Below are positions 45,481 through 56,102 of a DNA stretch of 57,794 nucleotides, piece by piece. The stretch is from contig WLMQ01000001.1 of NCBI GenBank assembly GCA_009700145.1, forward strand, positions 1 to 57,794, written 5' to 3'. How positions within the stretch are numbered: position 1 is the stretch's first letter; each line of letters opens with the position of its first letter. The DNA is from Actinomycetota bacterium (GTDB taxonomy: Bacteria; Actinomycetota; Acidimicrobiia; Acidimicrobiales; Ilumatobacteraceae). The notes beneath the pieces are model-generated. The model was not told where the DNA came from and ran no database searches. It saw only the letters and a list, made by a program, of their open reading frames with translations. The translations under genes and the position numbers were made by a program.

Positions 45481-48400
45481 ATGCCCAAGCGCACTGATAT
45501 CCATTCAATTTTGATTATCGGTTCTGGTCCGATTGTGATCGGTCAGGCTTGTGAGTTCGACTATTCAGGAACACAAGCCTGTCGTGTTCTTAAAGAAGAG
45601 GGCTACCGCGTTATTTTGGCGAACTCAAATCCGGCGACCATCATGACCGATCCCGATTTTGCTGATCGCACATATATCGAACCATTGACATGGGAAGTGA
45701 TTGCGAAAATTATCGAACGTGAAAAGCCCGATGCCGTTCTTCCCACACTTGGTGGTCAGACCGGTCTCAACTTGGCGATGGCACTTTTTGAACGTGGTCT
45801 TGTTGGTGTGCCCGGAACCCCCGAACTTATTGGTGCCAACGCTGAATCAATTTCGACTGCAGAAGATCGTGACAAGTTCAAGAAGGCCATGATTGAAATC
45901 GGTCTCAAGGTTCCCGAAAGTGGTATCGCCCACACGATAGAAGACGCGCTTGAGGTCATTAAGACCATCGGTCTTCCCGCCATCATTCGCCCCGCATACA
46001 TCTTGGGTGGACGAGGGACAGGCATTGCAAAGACTGCTGAAGAGTTTGCACTGTTGGCGGCAAATGGCCTCGACGCCAGCCCGATCAGAGAGATCTTGAT
46101 TGAAGAAAGTATCGCCGGCTGGAAAGAGTACGAACTTGAAGTCATGCGCGATACCGCTGACAACTGCGTCATTATTTGTTCGATTGAAAACTTTGATCCG
46201 ATGGGCGTACACACTGGTGACTCCATCACAGTTGCTCCCGCGCAAACTCTGAGCGATGTTGAGTACCAAATTATGCGCGATGCCGCCTTGGCATGTATCC
46301 GCCGAGTCGGTGTTGAAACTGGCGGCTCTAACGTGCAGTTCGCGGTTAATCCAGCCAATGGCGATGTCGTTGTGATTGAAATGAATCCGCGCGTGTCGCG
46401 GTCAAGTGCTTTGGCATCAAAGGCCACTGGGTTCCCGATTGCCAAGATCGCTGCGAAGTTGGCGGTTGGTTACACGCTTGATGAAATACCCAACGACATC
46501 ACGAAGGCGACGCCGGCAAGTTTTGAGCCAACAATCGACTACGTTGTCACGAAAATTCCGCGCTGGGCTTTTGAAAAGCTGCCGGGGACTAGCGGCATTC
46601 TCGGAACTCAAATGCAAAGTGTCGGAGAAGTGATGGCGATTGGTCGCACATTCCCCGAAAGTTTGCAAAAAGCTTTGCGTTCGCTCGAACAAGGACGTTT
46701 GGGTCTGAATTGTGATCCAGCCGAAAAGCAATTGGCCGAAGTTTCAACTGATGAGTTGATGCGGCTTGTGGATATTCCAACTCCTGATCGGATTTTTGTT
46801 ATCGGCGAGTTGTTGTTCCGTGGAGTCTCGGTCGATGACGTACATGCGGCGTGCAAGGTTGACCCTTGGTTTTTAGATCAGATGTCAATCATCATCGAAG
46901 AACGCGACGCAGTGAAGTCATCGAGTCCATCTGCAATGACCAAAGCTGCGTGGAAGCGTGTGAAGCGGGTTGGCTTCAGTGATGCGCAGTTGGCTTATTT
47001 ATGGGGTAGTGCCGAGTCAGAGGTTCGAGACGCCCGTGAGGCTGCAGGTGTTATTCCGACGTATAAAACTGTTGACACATGTTCAGCCGAGTTTGCTGCG
47101 CTCACGCCCTATCACTACTCGACATATGAAGACGAAAATGAAGTTCGCGAATCTGATCGTCAACGGGTCATCATTTTGGGTTCTGGTCCCAACCGAATTG
47201 GTCAAGGAATTGAGTTCGACTATTGCTGTGTTCATGCATCATTCGCGTTGCGCGATGCGGGCTACGAAACAGTCATGGTGAACTGCAACCCCGAAACGGT
47301 TTCAACCGACTACGACACTTCTGATCGTCTGTATTTTGAACCGCTCACCAAAGAAGATGTGTTGAATGTGATCGCCGCCGAAACAGCCGCTGCGGGTGGC
47401 AAAAAGCCCAAGGTGATCGTTTCGCTGGGTGGCCAAACACCACTCAAACTTTCTGGGCAAATACCGGTTGAGCTCATTGCTGGTACATCGCCTGCATCAA
47501 TCGACCTTGCTGAAGACCGTGAGAAGTGGAACGAACTGTGTGAGTCGCTCAGCATTCCACAACCTCCCGGTGGCACGGCAATCAATCTCGAACAAGCGTT
47601 GGTGATTGTCGATCGGGTTGGTTTCCCAGTACTTGTGCGGCCAAGTTACGTATTGGGTGGTCGGGCAATGCAGATTGTCCACGATCGAGATCACCTCGCT
47701 CGTGCGATGGCCGAACTTTCAAATTTTGGCAGTTTGGGTAAAGAGGGTGGCCTCTCGGCAGAACGTCCAGTTTTGGTCGATCGCTTCCTTGAAGATGCAA
47801 CTGAAGTTGATGTTGATGCCATTCGCGATCACACCGGAGAAGTTCTAATCGGTGGGGTCATGGAGCACGTTGAAGAAGCGGGTGTGCACTCTGGTGACTC
47901 GGCATGTGCGATTCCTCCGCAAACACTTCCTGCATGGGTAGTTGAAGTGATTGAGTCGTACACAACTGCAATTGCGACAGCGCTAGACGTTCGCGGACCG
48001 ATCAATGTGCAGTTCGCAGTTGCCGGAACAAATGTCTATGTCATCGAAGCGAATCCACGAGCAAGTCGCACGGTTCCCTTTGTTGCTAAAGCAACCGGTG
48101 TTCCGTTGGCCAAAGTAGCCACACGCGTCATGCTCGGATCGACGTTGGCCGAATTGCGAACCGAAGGTTTGCTCACGCGTTCGGTGTTACTCGATTCGCC
48201 CGACACGGTGGCAGTGAAAGAAGCAGTTTTGCCGTTTAGTCGATTCCCCGAAGTCGACACCGCTCTTGGGCCAGAAATGCGTTCAACTGGCGAAGTAATG
48301 GGTATCGACGTGACCTTTGGTCGGGCGTTCTATAAAGCCGAACTCGCAGCGGGCACAGTGCTGCCAACAAGTGGAACTGTTTTCTTGTCGCTCGCCGATG

Positions 48401-48774
48401 GAGATAAGCCTGCAGGGATAGTCGTAGCCAAAAGACTGCGCGCACTCGGATTTGGCATTGTTGCAACACCTGGCACGGCTGATTATCTCAGTCGATTTGG
48501 CTACATGGTTGATGCTGTTGTCGGCAAAGTCAGCGAAGGCGCCAAGATCACTGCTGTCAATCTCATTGCTAGTGGTGAGATCTCCTTTGTTATCAATACG
48601 CCACAAGGTCGTGGTGGTCGAACCGACGGCGAAGCAATTCGTAAAGCAGCCAATGTTCATCGAGTGTGTTCAGTAACAACTGTTGAAGCGGCACTTGCTG
48701 CTGCACAAGGAATGGCTGAACAACTTGATCATCCACTTGAAGTGAAGAGCTTGCAGGAATACCACGGAAGATGA
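45481..48774 (+). CDS. carB: carbamoyl-phosphate synthase large subunit
   Basis: 1097 aa with duplicated ATP-grasp halves ([22 protein letters not shown] and [20 protein letters not shown]) and an MGS-like C-terminus. Confidence 0.95.
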   Translation: MPKRTDIHSILIIGSGPIVIGQACEFDYSGTQACRVLKEEGYRVILANSNPATIMTDPDFADRTYIEPLTWEVIAKIIEREKPDAVLPTLGGQTGLNLAMALFERGLVGVPGTPELIGANAESISTAEDRDKFKKAMIEIGLKVPESGIAHTIEDALEVIKTIGLPAIIRPAYILGGRGTGIAKTAEEFALLAANGLDASPIREILIEESIAGWKEYELEVMRDTADNCVIICSIENFDPMGVHTGDSITVAPAQTLSDVEYQIMRDAALACIRRVGVETGGSNVQFAVNPANGDVVVIEMNPRVSRSSALASKATGFPIAKIAAKLAVGYTLDEIPNDITKATPASFEPTIDYVVTKIPRWAFEKLPGTSGILGTQMQSVGEVMAIGRTFPESLQKALRSLEQGRLGLNCDPAEKQLAEVSTDELMRLVDIPTPDRIFVIGELLFRGVSVDDVHAACKVDPWFLDQMSIIIEERDAVKSSSPSAMTKAAWKRVKRVGFSDAQLAYLWGSAESEVRDAREAAGVIPTYKTVDTCSAEFAALTPYHYSTYEDENEVRESDRQRVIILGSGPNRIGQGIEFDYCCVHASFALRDAGYETVMVNCNPETVSTDYDTSDRLYFEPLTKEDVLNVIAAETAAAGGKKPKVIVSLGGQTPLKLSGQIPVELIAGTSPASIDLAEDREKWNELCESLSIPQPPGGTAINLEQALVIVDRVGFPVLVRPSYVLGGRAMQIVHDRDHLARAMAELSNFGSLGKEGGLSAERPVLVDRFLEDATEVDVDAIRDHTGEVLIGGVMEHVEEAGVHSGDSACAIPPQTLPAWVVEVIESYTTAIATALDVRGPINVQFAVAGTNVYVIEANPRASRTVPFVAKATGVPLAKVATRVMLGSTLAELRTEGLLTRSVLLDSPDTVAVKEAVLPFSRFPEVDTALGPEMRSTGEVMGIDVTFGRAFYKAELAAGTVLPTSGTVFLSLADGDKPAGIVVAKRLRALGFGIVATPGTADYLSRFGYMVDAVVGKVSEGAKITAVNLIASGEISFVINTPQGRGGRTDGEAIRKAANVHRVCSVTTVEAALAAAQGMAEQLDHPLEVKSLQEYHGR

Positions 48775-48784
48775 GAGCAATATT

Positions 48785-49723
48785 GTGAATTCCAATGTTC
48801 GGGTCGGTTCAATTGAATTAACGCATCCAGTCATGGCTGCATCGGGCACTGCTGGACACGGAGCCGAACCGGCCGCGTACGGTGCGCTCGATTCAATTGG
48901 TGCGATTGTCGTGAAATCAATTGCCGCTACTGAATGGGCGGGTAATCCTGCACCACGCGTGCATCCCATCGCTCAAGGCATGATTAACGCGGTTGGATTG
49001 CAAGGTTTAGGAGTGCAACATTGGATCGAACACGATTTGCCAGCAATGGCTGCGGTCAACGCGTCGGCAGTCGTGAGCATTTGGGGACGATCGGTCGATG
49101 AATATCGCCAAGCAGCGCAACTCTTACAAGATGGATTAGCGCATTCGCCGCATCGCTCAACAGTTATTGCGGTCGAGGTCAATTTGTCGTGTCCGAATAT
49201 GAACGGTCACGGAATTTTCGCGCACGACATCGCGATGTCGGCTGAAGTGATGAGAGCGTGTTCACTTCTCGAGTATCCGTTGTGGGCCAAACTCAGTCCG
49301 AATACCGATCGAGTGATTGCCGTTGCTCAAGCAGTGCACGAGGCCGGGGCTGAGGCAGTCACGTTGATTAACACCGTGGTCGGAATGGTTCTCGATCCCG
49401 AGACTGGTCGGCCCGCTCTTGGCAATGGCGGCGGCGGAATTTCGGGCCGAGCAATACATCCAGTTGCCGTGCGCACGGTCTTTGACGTCCACGCCGCTTT
49501 GCCGAATCTGCCCATCATCGGAGTTGGGGGAGTGACATCGGGTTGGGAAGCAGTCGAACTGATGTTGGCGGGCGCAAGTGCAGTTCAAGTGGGTACCGCG
49601 ACTTTTGCCGATCCACGGGCATGTTTCAAGATTGCGAAGGAACTGACCGCGTGGGTCCAAAGTCGCGGGTTCTCCGACGTGGCCTCCTTGTCAGGACTGG
49701 CTCATCGCGGGGGTTTGGGCTAG
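48785..49723 (+). CDS. pyrD: dihydroorotate dehydrogenase, class 1 (Cys catalytic base; 1B-like catalytic subunit)
   Basis: 312 aa from a GTG start, with IELTHPVMAASGTAG, VEVNLSCPN, GGISGRAIHPVA and IIGVGGV. It has no N-terminal membrane extension. Confidence 0.85.
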   Translation: MNSNVRVGSIELTHPVMAASGTAGHGAEPAAYGALDSIGAIVVKSIAATEWAGNPAPRVHPIAQGMINAVGLQGLGVQHWIEHDLPAMAAVNASAVVSIWGRSVDEYRQAAQLLQDGLAHSPHRSTVIAVEVNLSCPNMNGHGIFAHDIAMSAEVMRACSLLEYPLWAKLSPNTDRVIAVAQAVHEAGAEAVTLINTVVGMVLDPETGRPALGNGGGGISGRAIHPVAVRTVFDVHAALPNLPIIGVGGVTSGWEAVELMLAGASAVQVGTATFADPRACFKIAKELTAWVQSRGFSDVASLSGLAHRGGLG

Positions 49724-49787
49724 TCAATACCCCGCAAAATGGGCTGGTATCCACCTATTGAGCACTTGTGATAGGTACGGTTTGCCC

Positions 49788-50099
49788 ATGGCTACTCCTC
49801 CGATACTCACACCAGAACAGCGTTCGGCAGCCCTCGCGAAGGCAGCCGAAGCAAGGACTGCACGGGCCGCAATCAAGGTCGAGCTCAAACAGGGCACCTT
49901 GACGGTGGCTGCGGCTCTTGAGTCTGCGGACCCCAATGTTGGCAAACTGAAAGTCATCGCCATGCTTGAAAGCCTTCCGGGCCTCGGCAAAGTGAAAGCG
50001 CGCAAGATTATGGAGGAAGTCGGTATTGCCGATAACCGCAAGATCCAGGGTCTGGGCACGCAGCAGAAAAAAACACTTCTCGAACACTTAGCGAAGTGA
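49788..50099 (+). CDS. mihF: actinobacterial integration host factor mIHF
   Basis: LTPEQRSAALAKAAEARTARA...LPGLGKVKARKIMEEVGIADNRKIQGLG is characteristic of MihF/sIHF. ATG 49788 gives about 103 aa. The ORF track extends to TTG 49758. Confidence 0.8.
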   Translation: MATPPILTPEQRSAALAKAAEARTARAAIKVELKQGTLTVAAALESADPNVGKLKVIAMLESLPGLGKVKARKIMEEVGIADNRKIQGLGTQQKKTLLEHLAK

Positions 50100-50689
50100 A
50101 CGAGCGGGCCGAACCGCCCGCCTCATCGTCGAGTGCATCTCCGTTGATTGTGATCGTCTCGGGTCCGGGCGGGGTCGGTAAAGGCACCATTGTTGATGCC
50201 TTGTTGCGCCGAGATTCAACTTTGCTCCTCAGTCGTTCGTGGACAACTCGTGAACAGCGACCAGGTGAACATGATCAGGCCTATGTTTTCACCACCCGAG
50301 AAGCCTTTGAGACACACCGGGAAAATGACGGATTTTTAGAATGGACCGAATTTCTCGGTAATTACTACGGCACTCCCGTGCCTGACTTTTCCTCGACTCA
50401 AGACATCGTGCTCGAAATTGAGGTTGATGGCGCCCAACAGGTGAAGGTGCGCCACCCCGAATCGGTGCTTTTGTTCATCTTGCCCCCGTCTCGTGATGAG
50501 CAACGCCGGCGTCTGATCGGCCGCGGTGACCCCGACCATAAGGTGCTCGAAAGACTGCGCAAAGCCGAGGAAGAAGAGCCTGTTGGCCTGGCTTTGGCCG
50601 ACTATTCGTTCGTGAATGATGATCTCGACCAGACAGTCGATGAGATGTTGGTTCTGATTAACCGGCTCCGAGCTGACTCTCGGCGCTGA
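50096..50689 (+). CDS. gmk: guanylate kinase
   Basis: 197 aa with the P-loop VSGPGGVGKGT, SRSWTTREQRPGE and FLEWTEFLGNYYGT. Its GTG start overlaps the mihF stop. Confidence 0.9.
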   Translation: MNERAEPPASSSSASPLIVIVSGPGGVGKGTIVDALLRRDSTLLLSRSWTTREQRPGEHDQAYVFTTREAFETHRENDGFLEWTEFLGNYYGTPVPDFSSTQDIVLEIEVDGAQQVKVRHPESVLLFILPPSRDEQRRRLIGRGDPDHKVLERLRKAEEEEPVGLALADYSFVNDDLDQTVDEMLVLINRLRADSRR

Positions 50690-50761
50690 ATTCGCCTGAA
50701 TTGGGCTAGGCTCAACCGCTGAACTATTTGGCGTTAACCCTCTCAAAGGACCAGATCTACT

Positions 50762-51169
50762 ATGGCCGCAACCAATGACTCCATGATGACCCCACAACTC
50801 GAGGTCCTGCTCGGCAAGGTTGATTCAAAGTTTAGTTTGGTGACCTTGGCAGCAAGTCGGGCGCGTGAGTTGCAGCAGTACTACGCCAAGATGGGCTCAG
50901 TGAGTTCGAAGGTCGTTCCTCCGCAGGTCGCATCATTGCGCAAGCCCCTCAGCATGGGCTTTGAAGAAATCGCCGCTGACAAAATTGTTCGCGTATCAGC
51001 TGATGAAATGGCTGAACGTCGTGCCGCCGAAGAAGCAGCTCAAGCAGATGCTGCAGCTTTGTTCGCGAGTGCTCAAGCAGCAGCAAGCGAAGAAGTGTTC
51101 GGAGAAGTAGCCGTCGTTGAAGCAGTCAACCAAGACAGCGCATCAGACGCTGATTCCGGCGACGCCTGA
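50762..51169 (+). CDS. rpoZ: DNA-directed RNA polymerase subunit omega
   Basis: 135 aa with LLGKVDSKFSLVTLAASRARELQ (the omega core) followed by an acidic, Ala-rich tail. It sits in the conserved gmk-rpoZ-coaBC order. Confidence 0.85.
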   Translation: MAATNDSMMTPQLEVLLGKVDSKFSLVTLAASRARELQQYYAKMGSVSSKVVPPQVASLRKPLSMGFEEIAADKIVRVSADEMAERRAAEEAAQADAAALFASAQAAASEEVFGEVAVVEAVNQDSASDADSGDA

Positions 51170-51175
51170 TTGATC

Positions 51176-52372
51176 ATGGCCGATTTGGCCGGTAAGCGAA
51201 TTGTTGTTGGGGTTTGTGGTGGTATCGCCGCGTACAAAGCCGTTGAAGTGATTCGCCGATTAGTTGACGCGGGAGCCCATGTCATTCCAGTGATGACGAA
51301 AGGTGCCGAACATTTCATTGGTCGCACAACGTTGTCAGCCTTAGCAAGCGAACCAGTTCAAACTTCTTTATGGGATGAGGCTTCGCCAATTCCGCACACG
51401 AAATTAGGCCAGGGCGCCGATCTTGTACTGATTGCTCCGGCGACCGCGCGTCTGCTTGGGGCTTACGCCAACGGTTTGTCGACCGACCTCATGACTAATG
51501 TGTTGATCGCAACGCGTGCTCCGGTCATTGTCTGTCCGGCAATGCACACCGAGATGTGGGAGCACCCCGCGATTCAACAAAATGTCGCCACGCTTGCATC
51601 GCGCGGAGTTCATATTGTTGAACCCGAGGCGGGCCGATTGGCTGGTGGTGATTCAGGCAAGGGCCGTTTGGCGTCGCCTGATGCAATCATCGCTGCAGTT
51701 CATCAAGTGCTTGGGCCCAAAGATCTTGCCGGGGTCAAAGTCATTGTGAGTGCTGGTGGAACCCGTGAACCCATTGATGCGGTGCGCGTCATTGCCAACC
51801 GTTCAAGTGGCAAACAGGGCTACGCCGTTGCTGCTGAGGCTGCCTCGCGTGGGGCTCAGGTGACACTCATTTCAACAGTTGATCTACCCGTGCCAGCGGG
51901 CGTGAGCGTGGTCAATGTTGAAACGGCCGCGCAGATGCAGGCGGCGATTGAATCGGTGTGGGCTACGAGTGACGTGATGGTCATGAGCGCGGCAGTTGCT
52001 GATTTTCGCCCCGTGTCGTGCGCTCCACAAAAGATCAAAAAAGACGGGGGAATCCCGCAGATTGTCCTTGAAGCAACGCCCGATATTTTGGCTGGACTGG
52101 GGGCCTCAAAACGCCCTGGTCAGGTACTCGTCGGCTTCGCTGCCGAGACATCAGACTTGGTGACTCATGCTCAGGGCAAGCTTGAACGCAAGAATCTCGA
52201 CTTGATTGTGGCCAACGACGTCAGTCAACCCGGTGTTGGTTTTGCCCATGAGACCAATGCAGTTACCTTCTTACGACCCAGCCACCCTCTAGAGTCGTTG
52301 TCGTTGACTGACAAGCGGGCTGTGGCTCAGGCGTTGCTCGACATTGTGGTGCAGATACGGGCTATTCAGTAA
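51176..52372 (+). CDS. coaBC: bifunctional phosphopantothenoylcysteine decarboxylase / synthetase
   Basis: MADLAGKRIVVGVCGGIAAYK is the flavoprotein N-terminus, with PAMHTEMW, SAGGTREPIDAVRVIANRSSGKQG and AAVADFRP also present. The ORF track starts at TTG 51170. Confidence 0.9.
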   Translation: MADLAGKRIVVGVCGGIAAYKAVEVIRRLVDAGAHVIPVMTKGAEHFIGRTTLSALASEPVQTSLWDEASPIPHTKLGQGADLVLIAPATARLLGAYANGLSTDLMTNVLIATRAPVIVCPAMHTEMWEHPAIQQNVATLASRGVHIVEPEAGRLAGGDSGKGRLASPDAIIAAVHQVLGPKDLAGVKVIVSAGGTREPIDAVRVIANRSSGKQGYAVAAEAASRGAQVTLISTVDLPVPAGVSVVNVETAAQMQAAIESVWATSDVMVMSAAVADFRPVSCAPQKIKKDGGIPQIVLEATPDILAGLGASKRPGQVLVGFAAETSDLVTHAQGKLERKNLDLIVANDVSQPGVGFAHETNAVTFLRPSHPLESLSLTDKRAVAQALLDIVVQIRAIQ

Positions 52373-52447
52373 CTGCACAATCAAGTTTTTTATCAACACA
52401 TCTATCAAACACATTTCTTTCACTGAAAGCGATGACACGGAGCCATC

Positions 52448-53641
52448 ATGAGTCGTAACTGGACATTCACTTCCGAGAGCGTGACCGAAGGTCACCCCGA
52501 CAAGGTCGCCGACCAAGTTTCTGACGCGGTGCTTGATGCGATCCTCGCGCAAGATCCACATGCGCGTGTCGCCTGCGAAACTTTGGTGACGACAGGTTTG
52601 TGCTTGGTCTCGGGTGAAATCACCACCGAGGCTTATGTCGACATTGCCGAGACTGCTCGCGAAGTCATCAAGGGCATCGGTTACACCAATGCTGATTTTG
52701 GTTTTGATGGAAAGACCTGTGGCGTACTCGTTGCATTAGATGCGCAGTCTCCCGACATTGCTCAAGGCGTGAATAAGAGCGAAGAAGTGCGTGCTCGCAC
52801 CGGTAGCGACGATCTCGATCTTCAAGGTGCCGGCGACCAAGGAATGATGTTTGGTTACGCATGTAACGAGACCGAAACTTTGATGCCGTTACCAATTCAC
52901 TTAGCCCACCGTTTGGCCGAGCGTTTGGCTTTGGTGCGCAAGTCAAGCCAGATTCCGTACCTTCGTCCCGATGGCAAGACTCAAGTGACGTTTGACTACG
53001 AAGACGGCAAGCCCGTTCGTTTGAAGACTGTTCTCATCTCAACTCAGCATGACGAAGGTATCGATCGCGACACCGTGATTCGCCCCGATCTCATCGAGCA
53101 AGTGATTCGACCCATGGTCCCAGCACAGTTTGCGAATGATGATTATTCAATCTTCATCAACCCAACGGGCAAGTTCGTTTTAGGCGGACCACATGCCGAT
53201 ACCGGTTTGACGGGTCGCAAGATCATCGTCGACACCTACGGTGGTATGGGACGTCACGGTGGTGGCGCATTCAGTGGAAAAGATCCGAGCAAGGTTGACC
53301 GTTCGGCTGCGTACGCATCACGTTGGGTTGCTAAGCATGTTGTTGCTTCTGGCGCAGCTGATCGTTGCGAAGTTCAAGTTGCGTACGCAATTGGTATGGC
53401 TCATCCGGTGAGCATTTTGGTTGAGACTTTCGGAACTGAAAAAGTTGCCGTTGAAAAGATTGAAGCTGCCGTGCGTGCAACCTTCGACCTTCGTCCAGCC
53501 GCCATTGTTCGCGACTTGCAGTTGAAGCGTCCGATCTATCAGCAGACTGCTGCGTACGGTCACTTTGGCCGCGAGTTGGCAGATTTTGAATGGGAGAAGT
53601 TGTCACGCTTGTCCGAATTCTCCGCTGCCCTCGGTCGCTGA
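52448..53641 (+). CDS. metK: S-adenosylmethionine synthetase
   Basis: 397 aa with [36 protein letters not shown] and [19 protein letters not shown]. Confidence 0.95.
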   Translation: MSRNWTFTSESVTEGHPDKVADQVSDAVLDAILAQDPHARVACETLVTTGLCLVSGEITTEAYVDIAETAREVIKGIGYTNADFGFDGKTCGVLVALDAQSPDIAQGVNKSEEVRARTGSDDLDLQGAGDQGMMFGYACNETETLMPLPIHLAHRLAERLALVRKSSQIPYLRPDGKTQVTFDYEDGKPVRLKTVLISTQHDEGIDRDTVIRPDLIEQVIRPMVPAQFANDDYSIFINPTGKFVLGGPHADTGLTGRKIIVDTYGGMGRHGGGAFSGKDPSKVDRSAAYASRWVAKHVVASGAADRCEVQVAYAIGMAHPVSILVETFGTEKVAVEKIEAAVRATFDLRPAAIVRDLQLKRPIYQQTAAYGHFGRELADFEWEKLSRLSEFSAALGR

Positions 53642-53675
53642 GTCCGAACGTCGATACCTGTCGATTGTTATTGAC

Positions 53676-55445
53676 ATGACGGCCGAAGCGGTCGTTCACG
53701 AACCAGTTGTTGCTGGTGTTGTCCCAGATCTGACTGGTCTTGATCGTGTCTTTGACTACGTCGTACCCACCGAACTAGTGGCGGTCATAGAGATTGGCTC
53801 ACGTGTTCGTGTTTCATTGAATGGTCGTCGCGTTGGTGGCTGGGTCGTTTCACTTGGTTTACCGTCGCCTGGTGTTTCTGTTGACAAGTTGAAGTCGATT
53901 GATAAGTCGAGTGGAATTGGTCCCGATGCCGAGATGCTCGACATATGTCGTTGGGCGTCTATTCGCTGGTGCGCCTCACGTCTACGACCTTTTTTGGTGA
54001 CTGCTTCGCCAAACACAGTAGTGACTCGCCCTGCACCACTGCGTCGCACGAAAGTTTTGGCCGAACCAGTGTCGCCGGCAGCTACCAAACTTTTGCACGA
54101 AGGCGGTGGTGTTTTGCGGTTGCCGCCAAGCGCTGATCAAATGCCTGCATTGTTAGCCGCCGCACGAGTTGGCCCCACATTGGTTGTCTGCGCATCGGTT
54201 GATGCGGCAAATGTTTTGGCCCATCGACTTCGTCGGGCCGGAATCTCGGTGGCTTTGATGCCCGAAGAATGGGCACTCGCGCGAGGCGGAGTTGATGTCG
54301 TTATTGGCTCACGCGCAGCAGCGTTTGCTCCGTGCCCAGGCCTCAAGGCAGCAGTCGTACTTGATGAGCATGAAGAGTCACTTCAAGAAGAGCGGGCGCC
54401 AACTTGGCATGCACGTGACGTGCTCGCCGAGCGTTGTCGTCGCGCCGAAGCCCCTTTGCTTCTAGTTTCTCCGTGTCCGAGTGTTGTCGGTCTGTCTGGT
54501 CGTGCTTTAGTCGCTCCATCGTCAGAACGTGAGAAGGCTGCATGGTCTCATGTTGAAGTCGTTGATCAAAGCGATCTAGAGCCATGGAAACGTTCGATGC
54601 TGTCGTCTGAACTCATTGCCTATTTGCGTCATGCTGATCTGCGCGTTGCCTGCGTCTTGAATACGAAGGGTCAGGCCCGACTGTTGGCCTGTCGCTCGTG
54701 TAATGCGCTGACGCGATGTGAAGTTTGCCAAGGAGCGATGGTTGAAGAAGTGCCCGGACGACTCGACTGTGGAGCATGCGGTGCCACGCGTCCGCGAATC
54801 TGTGGATCATGTGGATCGTCGGTGCTGTCACGAATTCGTCCAGGAGTCGCACGTTTGCGCGACGAAATTGAGGCTGCGGCGCAACGCGATGTTTTAGCAG
54901 TTGTCGCTGGCAAAGAAAAAGAAGATTCTCTTGATGACACCAAGGCCGATGTGTTTATCGGTACCGAGGCGGTACTGCATCGAGTGCGGCGAATTGATGT
55001 CGTGGCATTCTTGGACTTCGATAGCGAACTTCTAGCGCCGCGCTATTGCGCGAGCGAACAAGCCTTCTCATTAGTGGCTCGAGCCGCTCGTTTGGTTGGT
55101 GCTCGCGATCGTGGTGGCCGAGTTATTCTGCAAACTTCAATGCCCGATCACGAAGTTGTACGCGCTGCAGTTGCTGGTGATCCATCAATCGTGAGTACTG
55201 CCGAAATTGCCCGCCGGCAAATGCTCGGACTGCCACCTGCTTCAGCAATCGCCATTATTGAAGGTGACGGAGCTGATGCATTTGTGCTTGAACTCGCCAA
55301 GTCTGTTGGAGTGAGCACTGCTGCGCATCGCGATAAGTGGATGGTGCGAGCGGCTAATCACGAGATCTTGACTCAGGCCTGTGCTACGACGTCAAGACCA
55401 GCCAATTCAAAAATCCGTATTGAAGTTGATCCGCCCCGTATCTAG
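53676..55445 (+). CDS. priA: primosomal protein N' (PriA-like; Walker A motif not recognisable)
   Basis: The N-terminus (GLDRVFDYVVP...GSRVRVSLNGRRVGGWVV) looks like a 3'-DNA-binding domain. A DExH-like box (VVLDEHEES) and a Cys-rich zinc region (CRSCNALTRCEVCQGAM...CGACGA...CGSCGS) are present. I prefer ATG 53676, because the ORF-track start at 53565 lies inside metK. Confidence 0.8.
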   Translation: MTAEAVVHEPVVAGVVPDLTGLDRVFDYVVPTELVAVIEIGSRVRVSLNGRRVGGWVVSLGLPSPGVSVDKLKSIDKSSGIGPDAEMLDICRWASIRWCASRLRPFLVTASPNTVVTRPAPLRRTKVLAEPVSPAATKLLHEGGGVLRLPPSADQMPALLAAARVGPTLVVCASVDAANVLAHRLRRAGISVALMPEEWALARGGVDVVIGSRAAAFAPCPGLKAAVVLDEHEESLQEERAPTWHARDVLAERCRRAEAPLLLVSPCPSVVGLSGRALVAPSSEREKAAWSHVEVVDQSDLEPWKRSMLSSELIAYLRHADLRVACVLNTKGQARLLACRSCNALTRCEVCQGAMVEEVPGRLDCGACGATRPRICGSCGSSVLSRIRPGVARLRDEIEAAAQRDVLAVVAGKEKEDSLDDTKADVFIGTEAVLHRVRRIDVVAFLDFDSELLAPRYCASEQAFSLVARAARLVGARDRGGRVILQTSMPDHEVVRAAVAGDPSIVSTAEIARRQMLGLPPASAIAIIEGDGADAFVLELAKSVGVSTAAHRDKWMVRAANHEILTQACATTSRPANSKIRIEVDPPRI

Positions 55446-55457
55446 CGAGTTCAATCT

Positions 55458-56081
55458 TTAATGTTTAACGGTGAGGACGCGAAAACCTTGGCGTGATGAA
55501 ATTCTCTTCACGGTCCAACCACGTTCGGTGAGCCACTTCGCAAGCGAGTCGCTGCCGAGGTTTTTGTTGACAACGAGTACTGCGTAACCATCGGGAGATA
55601 GGCGAGCAAGCCAACGATTCAAAAGTTCATGCAATTCTTGTTTGCCAACTTTGATGGGTGGATTGCTCCAGATGACATCGAAGATCACGCTGTCTGGCAC
55701 TTCGTCAGGTGTTGCAACCGTGACGTTGGTGAGTCCTAACGCCGAGGCGTTGTCTCGTGTCAGTTGTCGGGCGCGTTCATTAACGTCAATAGCCCAAACG
55801 CCGCATCCTGGTGCTCGACGGGCCATCGTCATCGCAATTGGACCAGATCCACATCCGAGGTCGAGCACATTTCCCGACGTAGGGAGTGCAGGTGCTTCCA
55901 TCAATAAGACTTTGGTTCCCGAATCAACGCGACCGTGAGAAAAAACGCCAGTGTCAGTTTCAATGCTGAAACTTCCGTCGGGCAATGAGACATCAATGCG
56001 CTTGCGCGCCGAGGGAACATCGGGGTCCTCGTTGAAATAATGGGCTGGCGGAAGATTCGAAGGAGCATCAGGTACAGACAT
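55458..56081 (-). CDS. class I SAM-dependent methyltransferase (MTS 'small domain' type, RsmC/RlmG-like)
   Basis: 207 aa with VLDLGCGSGPIAM (motif I) and VIWSNPPIKVGK (NPPx motif IV). Confidence 0.75.
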   Translation of the reverse strand: MSVPDAPSNLPPAHYFNEDPDVPSARKRIDVSLPDGSFSIETDTGVFSHGRVDSGTKVLLMEAPALPTSGNVLDLGCGSGPIAMTMARRAPGCGVWAIDVNERARQLTRDNASALGLTNVTVATPDEVPDSVIFDVIWSNPPIKVGKQELHELLNRWLARLSPDGYAVLVVNKNLGSDSLAKWLTERGWTVKRISSRQGFRVLTVKH

Positions 56082-56102
56082 GTCATAGGTAGCCTGTCAG
56101 GT

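Noticed and set aside
45756-46445. A long (229-aa) ORF antisense to carB. Similar antisense or alternative-frame ORFs occur at 33541-34083 (ftsZ), 32111-32791 (ftsQ), 31189-31782 (murB), 2049-2963 (pfk), 17663-18286 (M23) and 30645-31196 (murC).
   Set aside because: Each lies entirely within a confidently identified conserved gene on the other strand or frame. Their translations are low-complexity (Ala/Ser/Arg/Pro-rich) with no recognisable motifs. This is typical of stop-codon-poor shadow frames.
52373-52447. A possible SAM riboswitch upstream of metK, a 13-nt palindrome CTTTCAcTGAAAG (52417-52429), and the direct repeat ATCAACACAT / ATCAAACACAT.
   Set aside because: The spacer is only 75 nt, too short for the SAM riboswitch classes I know, and it lacks their conserved cores. 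A 6-bp-arm palindrome is expected by chance many times in 58 kb. I leave it as an unexplained minor motif.
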